A stretch of 64,000 bases of DNA from a virus (taxonomy: Duplodnaviria; Caudoviricetes): the IMG/VR virus record IMGVR_UViG_3300028805_003982; one strand, written 5' to 3'. The translations under genes and the position numbers were made by a program. The notes below the pieces were generated by a model. The model did not search any database and was not told the origin of the DNA. It saw only the letters and a program-made list of their open reading frames with translations. This document shows positions 39,201 to 46,944 of the stretch, piece by piece; within the stretch, counting starts at the first letter, position 1, and the number at the start of each line of letters is the position of its first letter.

Positions 39201-42200
39201 GAGAGCACACCGCCTGCCGGCTTTGCTTGTAATGAACAGATCCTTCGTATTAAGTTCTATCAGGTAAATAATGGCGATGACGTAGCTCGTATCATTCATA
39301 AGGTTGAGGACCGCGACGGAAATCAGATCGAAGGCGACGGTTATTTCTGGGATTACACGCTCGACCGTTCAGGTGACGAGTATAACCAGATCTTCATGAC
39401 TCTTGATGATAACGTTCTTACAGGACACTATCAGCTTACAAAGTCGATGAAGTCTGATGACGTTGTTAAGGATCTGGACGGCGTATTTACTTTTGAACTC
39501 GTTCAGGGTGATAAGCAGATCGCAACAGGTGTTTCTCAGGCAGACGGCAAGGTTCTTTGGACTTATACTCTTGAGGGCTTGAAGTCTGAGATCAACAGAG
39601 AAGCTCTTACGGGCACAACCGCGAACGTGCTTGAGCTCGCTGCTTATTGGGCAGACGGCTCTGCTATCGAGTATGAAGTAAGAGAAACTGTTCCTGCATA
39701 TCCTTATGGCGGAACTTCTAACATCTCTTATACTCAGAAAGCTCCTGAGGGCTGGACGTTAAGTGGTGACGGTACTTATTACTATCATACGTTTACCGTT
39801 ACAGAGGCTCAGACAGTGGATGCTCCTTACGAGGACACCATTGTTAATGACCTTGAGTCCTACTCTTTGAGCTTTGTAAAGAACATTCCCGCAGGCGACA
39901 GCTTTGACCGTACAAAGGTTGCTTTCCAGCTTATCTATACAGACACAAACACAGTTATCGCTAACGGTGTTGCAGATGCTACAGGTAACATTACTTGGAC
40001 AGCAGCTCACAATACAGGTTATGTTTGTGATACAAGTGTCGCAAGTCTGATCAAGGGTCTGCCCGGCGGTAACTACAAGGTCACAGAGACTTGGGATAAG
40101 ACTTATATCGCAACTCTTGACGATGATCAGGCAGAGCTTATCGAAGATAACTTGTCTGACGGTTGGGTAAAGGCTAACAGAAATGACGTTTACGAGTTTG
40201 GTTATACCTTTACTCTTGACGCGGACAAACAGATCTCCGGCGGCGAGGTCATCAATGACACTGTTGCTCAGTGGTTCAACATGACTAAGACGACTACGGT
40301 AGCAGGAGATGCTTCTACTGTTACGGTCGAACTTATCAATGCTGACGGCAATATCCTTGCAAGAGGTACTGCTGAAACAACAGCACAGCCCGGAACATTT
40401 AATGTTACTTGGGATTATGCAGGTAAGCACAAGGAAGTTAACGGTCTTGATACCATCGAGCTTCCTGCAGGCGATTATACTATAAGAGAATATCAGCCCG
40501 TTACTTACTACGATAACGGAAAGAACAATGTTCCTTATACCTATATGAAGCCTGAACTTAAGATCGGTGACGATACTCTTGGCGTTTTCGTTTCAGAGAA
40601 AGACGGTAAGGTAACATTTGAGTCTTCCGCATTCACTGTCGAGAACAATGAGACGGTAGTCCTCAACTCTACCGCTTCTAACACGCGTATCGAGGGTGAC
40701 CTTAGCATTATCAAGGTTGAAAGATCAGATGATACATCAACTGATAAGACTTTCAATCTGGAAATCTACTACAGAGGAAATGACTCTGAGGCGCATGACG
40801 TTGGCATGTTCCTTGAGAATTATCTCCTTGATACAATCACGATCACTACAAAGAACGGCGAAGGCACGGCAACACTTGGTAAGATCCCTGAGGGCTGGTA
40901 CGAAGTCCGTGAGATCGACAACGATGGTTGGACCGTAACTTGGGGCGGCGATGCCGCAACAAGTATCATTGGCGGTACTCCGACTAAGTTGTTCCATGTA
41001 GATTCAAAGGACAAGACAAATGCCGCACCCGTCGTAAATGATGGCGTAGAAGAGAACGGTACTCCTATCGACGGACTGCTTATCTATAACGATATCGCTC
41101 CTGAGATCGGTACAACCTTTACTGACAGTGCTACAAAGGATCATATCGCAGCTACAGACGTTGAAGCTAAACTGATCGATACTGTTGCTTATAAGAGAGT
41201 TCTTCCGGGCAGCTATAAGCTTTACGGTGTTCTTATGAACAAGGCAACAGGTGAACCTTTGGTAGATGCAGAAGGTGTTGAAGTTCGCGCTTCTACAGCA
41301 TTTACTATCCCTACGGTTGGCAATCTTGACAGATTTGGCAATCCCATGCCTGTAAGCGATACGGTTGACGTTGAGTTTATCCTTGATACAACTATGGTCA
41401 ATGGTCTCAAGGCAGTTGCCTTTGAGGAACTTTACGCAGTAGATGTTCACGGTGATGTAACAGGTCAGCCTGTTGCTGAACATGAAGACATTGATGATGT
41501 TGATCAGACAATGGATATCGGTGATGGTCAGACAACGCTTCTTGACGATGCAACCGGTACTCATACAACAGCTCTGGCAGAGAAGGTTTCTCTTACAGAC
41601 TATGTTGAGTTCAATCATCTGCTTCCTGGCAAGTCTTACACCATGACAGGTACTCTGATGGATAAGGCAACAGGAGAGCCTCTGAAGGATGCCGAGGGCA
41701 ACGAGATCACTGCTTCACAGCAGTTCTTGGCTGATCCTGATGATCCTAACCTTGAGAACGTCATCGTTGAGGACGGTTCATTCTCAGGTATGGTTAAGGT
41801 TACTTTCGAGATCGATACAACGATCCTTGTTAAGAAGACAACACACATCGTTGCCTTTGAGACTTGTACCGACGATGAGACCGGCGTAGCCGTAATCATC
41901 CACGCAGATCTTGAAGATGATGATCAGACAGTACGCGTTCCTACGGCGATCACAAAGGCTGAGTATCCTGACGGAGCAAAGACTGCCGTAAGAGTTCCTG
42001 ATCTCGTTCTTATCGACACCGTAACTTATACGGGTCTTGAACCCGGTCAGAGATACCGTATCGTTGCAACACTTATGGTTAAGGAAACGGGCGAGCCGCT
42101 TATGAACAACGGCGAGATCGTAAAGGTAACCGATGAGTTCGTTGCACCTGCATCTGACGGTGTTGAACCCGTTGAGATCACGTTTGACGCTACAGGCCTT

Positions 42201-42485
42201 AAGGTTACTGATCATGTCGTAGTCTTTGAGGAAGTTTATAACCTCTTTACAGGTAAGCAGGTAGATCCTGATACCGGAGATGAGACTGAGGTTGAGGAAC
42301 TTGTTCTTGTTGCAGAGCACAAGGATATCAACGATCAGGACCAGACAGTGGGCTTCATGGCTAAGACAGGCGACAGTCTGCACACACTTGCTTATATCAT
42401 CGGAACAGTAGTTTCAGTAGCAGGTCTTGCAGGACTGACAGTCTTTGTCATCAAGAGAAAGAAGAAGGGCACTGAAGAAGCCTGA
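36234..42485 (+). CDS. Giant sortase-anchored adhesin: S8 subtilase-like domain, SpaA/CnaB-like Ig domains, three VaFE (T-Q ester) repeats
   Basis: Signal peptide; IDTG/HGT/AAGN subtilase motifs; VAFE...H.D..D.DQT three times; C-terminal AKTGD, TM helix and basic tail. Confidence 0.85.
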   Translation: MSKNSKKKFVSTMLAASMIFSSIPFTALADDAISGGDNDDVVIESQVAEEPAVTEQTFEPEPIQAEEPVEDKNVDKVPEDDAEPSEVVSDVEEEPPIEAEEGNDEETPAATDTEVVTEPTETADNPAASEPDTTKTAETEAASENVVFDHYFTTIDTSLVKTKDLLVQTSDPSVFTYNTNVVSNYDDVYVISCDSLKEARYVFSYYVDKVNNITDMSNVFTIASESDDTADLSDLNNGTDAIAALNDINATNHSGYIALIDTGANANINYSVVGDDVSDSNGHGTAMLNYIREENPAARVISIKVFDGNKTNAANVYAGIKLAIESKVSIINLSFVGPDVENNAIVKSAIQEALDNNIKVVGAAGNNNGNAKKYIPGCVEDAIVVGAVNSDGTKFSSSNYNADLYVVATSSSEAAARYTGMLSGNSTNNDRVFSTLTSGEVQDAVADTEGGRVFYATSDDDIDWNNLKAGDVVYLPDCYYVINAVNADGTVVFMPYALDYDEDSFELTARHYGDQTKTSSAKTITPGQSGTDTGTGHIGYNAHGYDSVTNLKSNSSSKYKLTDWFSSLGADCESLWFGDSDSSRHAKCLSNTDVKYSASWKTYTNSNGLPEIKFTVRFTASNDNFSARNWVHHKITWKVTKEHLGNNVYQWDAYIYDNGTQKWHKDWSAYDSTSINDTICSSIKSSIASYKAIGGDWTGYKSVSSVSVPSAKTIGDATTTKPATGTYQTYYKCTNPMQIYRGVGIVNMPGLMLFMQKTAPSSDYSVLTDDSTCYSFKGTQYKLYTGYDSHEDKATGTVLKTFTLDAQGLSDDHYTVTEFPSTFYIQETTAGKGFSIDTHVYKVYVPSVTGSVVVTDMTTEDPDDVWRYPSDGTLVRMKFKDYPVTDPLAFELRKINEQGQITDATLSDTEFTLEYYAQNIAWDNKISDYEPTVVYHFTRAAGDNSQLKLSDFMNLPPVGGTNGEYLHDLYEADVLDNEYQWPLGTYLIYESTPPAGFACNEQILRIKFYQVNNGDDVARIIHKVEDRDGNQIEGDGYFWDYTLDRSGDEYNQIFMTLDDNVLTGHYQLTKSMKSDDVVKDLDGVFTFELVQGDKQIATGVSQADGKVLWTYTLEGLKSEINREALTGTTANVLELAAYWADGSAIEYEVRETVPAYPYGGTSNISYTQKAPEGWTLSGDGTYYYHTFTVTEAQTVDAPYEDTIVNDLESYSLSFVKNIPAGDSFDRTKVAFQLIYTDTNTVIANGVADATGNITWTAAHNTGYVCDTSVASLIKGLPGGNYKVTETWDKTYIATLDDDQAELIEDNLSDGWVKANRNDVYEFGYTFTLDADKQISGGEVINDTVAQWFNMTKTTTVAGDASTVTVELINADGNILARGTAETTAQPGTFNVTWDYAGKHKEVNGLDTIELPAGDYTIREYQPVTYYDNGKNNVPYTYMKPELKIGDDTLGVFVSEKDGKVTFESSAFTVENNETVVLNSTASNTRIEGDLSIIKVERSDDTSTDKTFNLEIYYRGNDSEAHDVGMFLENYLLDTITITTKNGEGTATLGKIPEGWYEVREIDNDGWTVTWGGDAATSIIGGTPTKLFHVDSKDKTNAAPVVNDGVEENGTPIDGLLIYNDIAPEIGTTFTDSATKDHIAATDVEAKLIDTVAYKRVLPGSYKLYGVLMNKATGEPLVDAEGVEVRASTAFTIPTVGNLDRFGNPMPVSDTVDVEFILDTTMVNGLKAVAFEELYAVDVHGDVTGQPVAEHEDIDDVDQTMDIGDGQTTLLDDATGTHTTALAEKVSLTDYVEFNHLLPGKSYTMTGTLMDKATGEPLKDAEGNEITASQQFLADPDDPNLENVIVEDGSFSGMVKVTFEIDTTILVKKTTHIVAFETCTDDETGVAVIIHADLEDDDQTVRVPTAITKAEYPDGAKTAVRVPDLVLIDTVTYTGLEPGQRYRIVATLMVKETGEPLMNNGEIVKVTDEFVAPASDGVEPVEITFDATGLKVTDHVVVFEEVYNLFTGKQVDPDTGDETEVEELVLVAEHKDINDQDQTVGFMAKTGDSLHTLAYIIGTVVSVAGLAGLTVFVIKRKKKGTEEA

Positions 42486-42602
42486 TTAGTTCTCTTTTTA
42501 ACTCGATAATCAGTTGAGTTTGCTCTTTAAAGCGTCTGCGGGCTGTAAAAGGCTCGCAGGCGTCATTAGAGAGTAAAACGGCTAAATCATCAGAAAGGAA
42601 GC

Positions 42603-43523
42603 ATGATGCGTAAAAAAGAATCAAAGATAAAAAGGTATATCAGTAATGTACTTATTGTATTGGCCGGGATATGTCTTGCTGTTGGCGCATACTTTAGCAT
42701 AAGGGGTTTGATCACGGACATCAAAGACTATAACGAAGTGGAAGCTGACAGAGAGGAACTTACTGACACATTCCATAAGACTGTTCCGCAGCCAAACGCT
42801 CAGGGCGGAGACCTGGATCTTCCGTACGATGAGTCAGAGGATCTTAAGCTTAAGTACGATACCATGAAGGCCATAAATCCTGATTATGCCTGCTGGCTCA
42901 AGATAAACGGGACCGGGCAGGAATACCCGGTTTGCGTTAACCTGGAAGGCTCTTCATATTATTACTTAAATCACAGTTTTAAAAGGAAGCCCTTGGGCGC
43001 CGGTTGTCTCTTTATCGATCCGGGATCTTCGGTCGATTGCGATAATCTTATAATATACGGACATCACATGAGAAACGGTACGATGTTCGGCAGCTTGGGT
43101 AAGTTCTTGAAAGAGGAATGGACCCGTGACGGCAATAACAGCCTTATCGAAGTATTTACGGAGACAGAGCACCGTTATTATGAAGTTGTTTGTGTATTAA
43201 CGGCAAGTGTTTATAAAATGCCTTTCAGCATTACCGGGTATACAGATCTTTCTGATTATAATGATAATGTTGCGTTTGGCAACCTGCTCCGTAAGCATTC
43301 ACAGATCAACATGGATTGGAAAATAGGTGACAACGGTTTTGAGCCTAATCCCAATCTGTTTACTCCGGGTGTGTATAAAGACCGGTTCTTAACACTTATT
43401 ACTTGTGAATATACACATCGTAACGGCAGGGAAGTAGTCATAGCAAGGGAGCTTTACAGACCGATGTGGACGGCGGAAGAAATGATGCAGTCTGCCGCGC
43501 AATCCGAGGCGATTTCTGAATAA
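42603..43523 (+). CDS. srtB: Class B sortase
   Basis: N-terminal TM; NPD...W, IYGHHM..G.MFG, LITC and GR motifs. Confidence 0.85.
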   Translation: MMRKKESKIKRYISNVLIVLAGICLAVGAYFSIRGLITDIKDYNEVEADREELTDTFHKTVPQPNAQGGDLDLPYDESEDLKLKYDTMKAINPDYACWLKINGTGQEYPVCVNLEGSSYYYLNHSFKRKPLGAGCLFIDPGSSVDCDNLIIYGHHMRNGTMFGSLGKFLKEEWTRDGNNSLIEVFTETEHRYYEVVCVLTASVYKMPFSITGYTDLSDYNDNVAFGNLLRKHSQINMDWKIGDNGFEPNPNLFTPGVYKDRFLTLITCEYTHRNGREVVIARELYRPMWTAEEMMQSAAQSEAISE

Positions 43524-43528
43524 AGGAG

Positions 43529-43577
43529 CCGTGTTTTCCTAATAAAAGATAACAAGGACGAAAAATGACGTTATAAT
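43529..43577 (+). promoter_or_regulatory. Promoter with upstream CCGTRTTTTCCTA motif (copy B), driving the large ncRNA
   Basis: CCGTGTTTTCCTAATAAAAGA starts 43 nt before TATAAT; boxA-like CTTTGAAAAC follows at about 43595. Confidence 0.65.
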
Positions 43578-43602
43578 AGTTGTACTCGATTGAACTTTGA
43601 AA

Positions 43603-44218
43603 ACCTAATAATCATCAGGATAGCAGTGCATACACGTTATCTCGGTGTAGAGGGGCTTATCACCCTGCCGAGACGCTGCCGGATCAGAAGAGAAGCTTTT
43701 AAGGATACTTTCCAGTTTCTCAAGCGTGCTGAACGTGAGCTTAGCACCTCGTCATAGCAATGGCGTTGGCAGGCGGCGGTATGTACTGTGTGATGTTGGC
43801 GTGAACTGCTGGTGGCCGATGTAATAGACGCCAGCTCGAAAGGCTGGAAGAATCCGAATGCCCTAAGGCCGGTAACCTTAGGCACCTTTCGGAAATACCA
43901 AACAAGTCGGTTTGCCGTGAGACTGCGGAAACGCAGAGTATAACATCAGCAGGCTTCGTAAGTAGCCCAAGGCAGCAAGAACTTCAGATAATGATATTAC
44001 ATTTGCGAAATGTGATAGGAATTTTTCTGAATGATATGGGTGAAAGCTGGGGGTATCAATCCCTTACAGGCTCGGGCGATATCAGCCTGCGCAAGAAGGA
44101 CGGTGTAGCTGACCGTTTCTCAGACTTGCGTACCTGTCGGCGCGATAAACCGTAGCACAGATAGTATGCTGAACAAAAGGCAAGCGTGTGTGTACTGTTA
44201 TCCTGATGGTTGTCGGGT
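43603..44218 (+). ncRNA. Large structured ncRNA, probable ROOL RNA
   Basis: 27-bp terminal helix 43610-43636/44185-44211 (Watson-Crick plus G-U); many internal hairpins and GNRA loops; no credible ORF; own promoter and terminator; short motifs match my recollection of ROOL. Confidence 0.75.
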
Positions 44219-44324
44219 GGTATAATATACTGAAAACGAAAGACGGCCAAGGCTCTGAAAAACCAAAATAATTATGAATAGCCTTAAAGCGAATTGCGTG
44301 CACAAGGTCGTTTTAGTTGATATT

Positions 44325-44362
44325 ACAGACTCCGAAAGATCTTCTTTTGGGGTCTGTTTTTT
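44325..44362 (+). terminator. Intrinsic terminator after the ncRNA locus
   Basis: ACAGACTCCGAAAGA/TCTTTTGGGGTCTGT followed by T-run. Confidence 0.8.
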
Positions 44363-44403
44363 ATTTGGGGTTAATTACGGCCACGGAAAGGAAGGGGATA
44401 GGA

Positions 44404-45072
44404 GTGAGCAGCGATTTTGCGAGAATAAGAGCAGAGGTGCTTCAAGACGTTGAGCTGAATCCGGATTATTATGAACTGTTGTCGGATCGGGCAGATATGA
44501 TAGAGTTCATAGATAAGACAGATGGGATATTTGATTATCATTATGTTATTACAGATACGGATGTAATAACCCCGGATTGGCTGAAAAGCAAGACTTTGGT
44601 TACTCCGGATGCCCGGGAGTTATTTAGAACAGATCTGTCGAACCTCTTTGAACTGGTGGATAAATACATCCCTAAAGAAGCATATCAGACATTGCAGGAA
44701 TTGATATTTATCACTAATTCGGATGCGGATTATGAATATCTCTATAATGATAGCGAACTTTATATCAGGAAATTACTGGAAGAACATGCCTTGCCGGATG
44801 AGGAACAATTGGGTTTGTCTTGGACCGCAGAAGGGGTAGTTATCATTAATCTGGGGAAGATCGAGACTTCAGTCAAAGAGATGACAGAGGAAGGGGCTTT
44901 CGGTTCTACTCTGGAACGGGTTGTGTTGGATACCATTGCACACGAGTTCAGACATCTTCAGCAAACTAATCCGTATGTATCACAAGAGATCAAAGACACG
45001 TTCCTCGATGACATAGAGATAGATGCAGAGGTGTTTGCAAGAAATATCAACTATGGGGAGTTGGGATTATAG
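44404..45072 (+). CDS. Acidic HEXXH zincin-like protein
   Basis: TIAHEFRH..Q and downstream E.DAE.FA; GTG start at 44404. Confidence 0.55.
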   Translation: MSSDFARIRAEVLQDVELNPDYYELLSDRADMIEFIDKTDGIFDYHYVITDTDVITPDWLKSKTLVTPDARELFRTDLSNLFELVDKYIPKEAYQTLQELIFITNSDADYEYLYNDSELYIRKLLEEHALPDEEQLGLSWTAEGVVIINLGKIETSVKEMTEEGAFGSTLERVVLDTIAHEFRHLQQTNPYVSQEIKDTFLDDIEIDAEVFARNINYGELGL

Positions 45073-45101
45073 AAACATCAAGAGAAAGCTGAGGTGTAAA
45101 T

Positions 45102-45344
45102 ATGAATCAGTTTGGACTTTATTTTATTGATACCAAGGAGTTTGTCAGCTGTGGCAGTTATGCACAGGCGTTTAAGATGTATCTGGACGTTCTATATAAG
45201 GCTATCGATGAAAGTTTCCTGTTGCCGGATAACGTGGGAATAGCGTATTTCGTTCCTGAGCGTAACAGAATAGAACAAGTTGATATGCTTGGACGTGTGA
45301 CAAGATCCGTTCTCATATCCAAGGAAGAGATCACGTTCAGTTGA
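45102..45344 (+). CDS. Hypothetical protein
   Basis: GAGGT RBS. Confidence 0.5.
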   Translation: MNQFGLYFIDTKEFVSCGSYAQAFKMYLDVLYKAIDESFLLPDNVGIAYFVPERNRIEQVDMLGRVTRSVLISKEEITFS

Positions 45345-45434
45345 AGGCTTTTGGCAATATGCTACAAAAACTGATTAAATGTCTTGGGATTTTTGTGCTA
45401 TAATACCTACGAGAAATACTATAGGTATAACAAG

Positions 45435-45662
45435 ATGAGTCCTGAAGATTATTTAGAGAAGTTTAGAATGCTTGCCAATCAAAAGGCTTTTATATGTCCG
45501 TCCACAGATCCGCTGTTGGCGGAGTCTTTGTGTGAAGAATGGAATGAAACCGTTATGCAGGCAACAAAGGCGGGGCTGGCTCATAGCGAGATACGCAAGA
45601 TATGGGAAGAAACGTCCTTTATAAAAGGTTCTCTTTTAGGGATTGACCGGAAATCCATGTAA
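45435..45662 (+). CDS. Small hypothetical protein, paralog of 57842..58051
   Basis: Shared WNET..A.K.GL.....IWE motif. Confidence 0.5.
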   Translation: MSPEDYLEKFRMLANQKAFICPSTDPLLAESLCEEWNETVMQATKAGLAHSEIRKIWEETSFIKGSLLGIDRKSM

Positions 45663-45669
45663 AAAGGTT

Positions 45670-45718
45670 CCGTATTTTCCTAGAGATAGACACATTATTA
45701 ATTTTCTGCTGTTATATT
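45670..45718 (+). promoter_or_regulatory. Promoter with upstream CCGTRTTTTCCTA motif (copy C)
   Basis: CCGTATTTTCCTAGAGATAGA starts 43 nt before the TGT-TATATT -10. Confidence 0.65.
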
Positions 45719-45792
45719 ATAAAGTGTTACTATGCTACATGATTCCCAACGAAGCAGATGTAGATGTAGTGGAATACTCCTTTTTAATTGAT

Positions 45793-45823
45793 GGTCGGTG
45801 CCGGAAACGGCATCGATCTTTTT
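45793..45823 (+). terminator. Terminator-like hairpin in the ung leader
   Basis: GGTCGGTGCCG-GAAA-CGGCATCGATC followed by TTTTT. Confidence 0.7.
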
Positions 45824-45841
45824 ATGTTGAAGGGACAACGT

Positions 45842-46489
45842 ATGGATTGGTATGAGTTTGACAGTTTGGAAAGACAAAAAGAGTATTTTCCAGAGTTGCA
45901 GGCTGCTGTTGATTCCGAATACGGGCAGCACCTTTGCTATCCTTTAAGGGAAAATATCTATAATGCCTTTAAATTAACACCTGTTAGCAGTATCCGATGT
46001 GTGATACTTGGACAAGACCCGTATCACGGGCCGGGGCAGGCGACCGGATTGGCTTTTTCGGTTCCGCATAGTTTCCCGTTGCCGCCGTCTCTTCGTAACA
46101 TCTATAAAGAGATAGAAGCGGATACAGGTAAAAAGACGGTGAATCCTGACGGGTGCCTTGAACCCTGGGCCTCTCAGGGTGTATTGCTCTTGAATTCATC
46201 TTTGTCGGTCAGGGCACACGAACCCGGGTCTCATGCAGATCTGGGGTGGGGGACCTATACCGATAATTTCATTAAGATGCTGGGCGCCTTGGACCAAGAT
46301 ATCGTCTATATGTTATGGGGTAAGTTCGCAAGGAGTAAAAAGCAGCTTATAACAAACAAAAGGCAGTTGATCCTGGAAGCGCCTCACCCGTCTCTGTTTT
46401 CGGCAAACCGGGGATTTTTCGGATGCGGGCATTTCAGTAAATGTAATGAATATCTTGAATCAAAAGGTCAGAACAAAATAATCTGGTAA
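45842..46489 (+). CDS. ung: Uracil-DNA glycosylase (family 1)
   Basis: GQDPYH, GLAFSV, PPSL.NI, GVLLLN, LWG and HPS motifs. Confidence 0.92.
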   Translation: MDWYEFDSLERQKEYFPELQAAVDSEYGQHLCYPLRENIYNAFKLTPVSSIRCVILGQDPYHGPGQATGLAFSVPHSFPLPPSLRNIYKEIEADTGKKTVNPDGCLEPWASQGVLLLNSSLSVRAHEPGSHADLGWGTYTDNFIKMLGALDQDIVYMLWGKFARSKKQLITNKRQLILEAPHPSLFSANRGFFGCGHFSKCNEYLESKGQNKIIW

Positions 46490-46501
46490 AGGAGATTTTT
46501 A

Positions 46502-46693
46502 ATGTATCAGTACGAGGTCGCTAAACAAAAGGGAGGCAAGAACTATTTTTGTTATGAGGTCGGAGAGCAGCTGCCGATTAAAGGAACTTTCGGCGATAAG
46601 AAAAAAGTAATGAAGATTGCAGCCTCACTGAACGGCGTTTCGTACGCGGATTTTGTGAAAAACAGAAAAAACGGTTTTGATATAGAAAAATAA
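46502..46693 (+). CDS. Small protein, stand-alone copy of the 'A..AA.L.GVS' domain
   Basis: DKKKVMKIAASLNGVSY; AAGGAG RBS. Confidence 0.55.
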   Translation: MYQYEVAKQKGGKNYFCYEVGEQLPIKGTFGDKKKVMKIAASLNGVSYADFVKNRKNGFDIEK

Positions 46694-46944
46694 CGGGTGT
46701 AATACCTTTGGAGTAACCAAAAGGTATACCATTTGTAATCTAATTGTGATATAAATAGTGTGTCGGGGAAGTATAAGTTAGACGAGATGTTTTGATGTAG
46801 TTTTTGGTCGTAATTGTAATTAGTGTACGCTTTGTTGTCAGATTTTGTTTTCCTTGATAATGATAAGTTACTTATAGGTTTTCCCCGGCACGTTTATTTA
46901 TATAACCGCTTATGCGGGTATTAAATCTTAGTGGAGGTTAGATT

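Noticed and set aside
43603-44218. Group I/II intron, tmRNA, RNase P or rRNA fragment as the identity of the large RNA
   Set aside because: No interrupted host gene, no group II GUGYG/domain V signature, no tRNA-like ends and no rRNA motifs recognised
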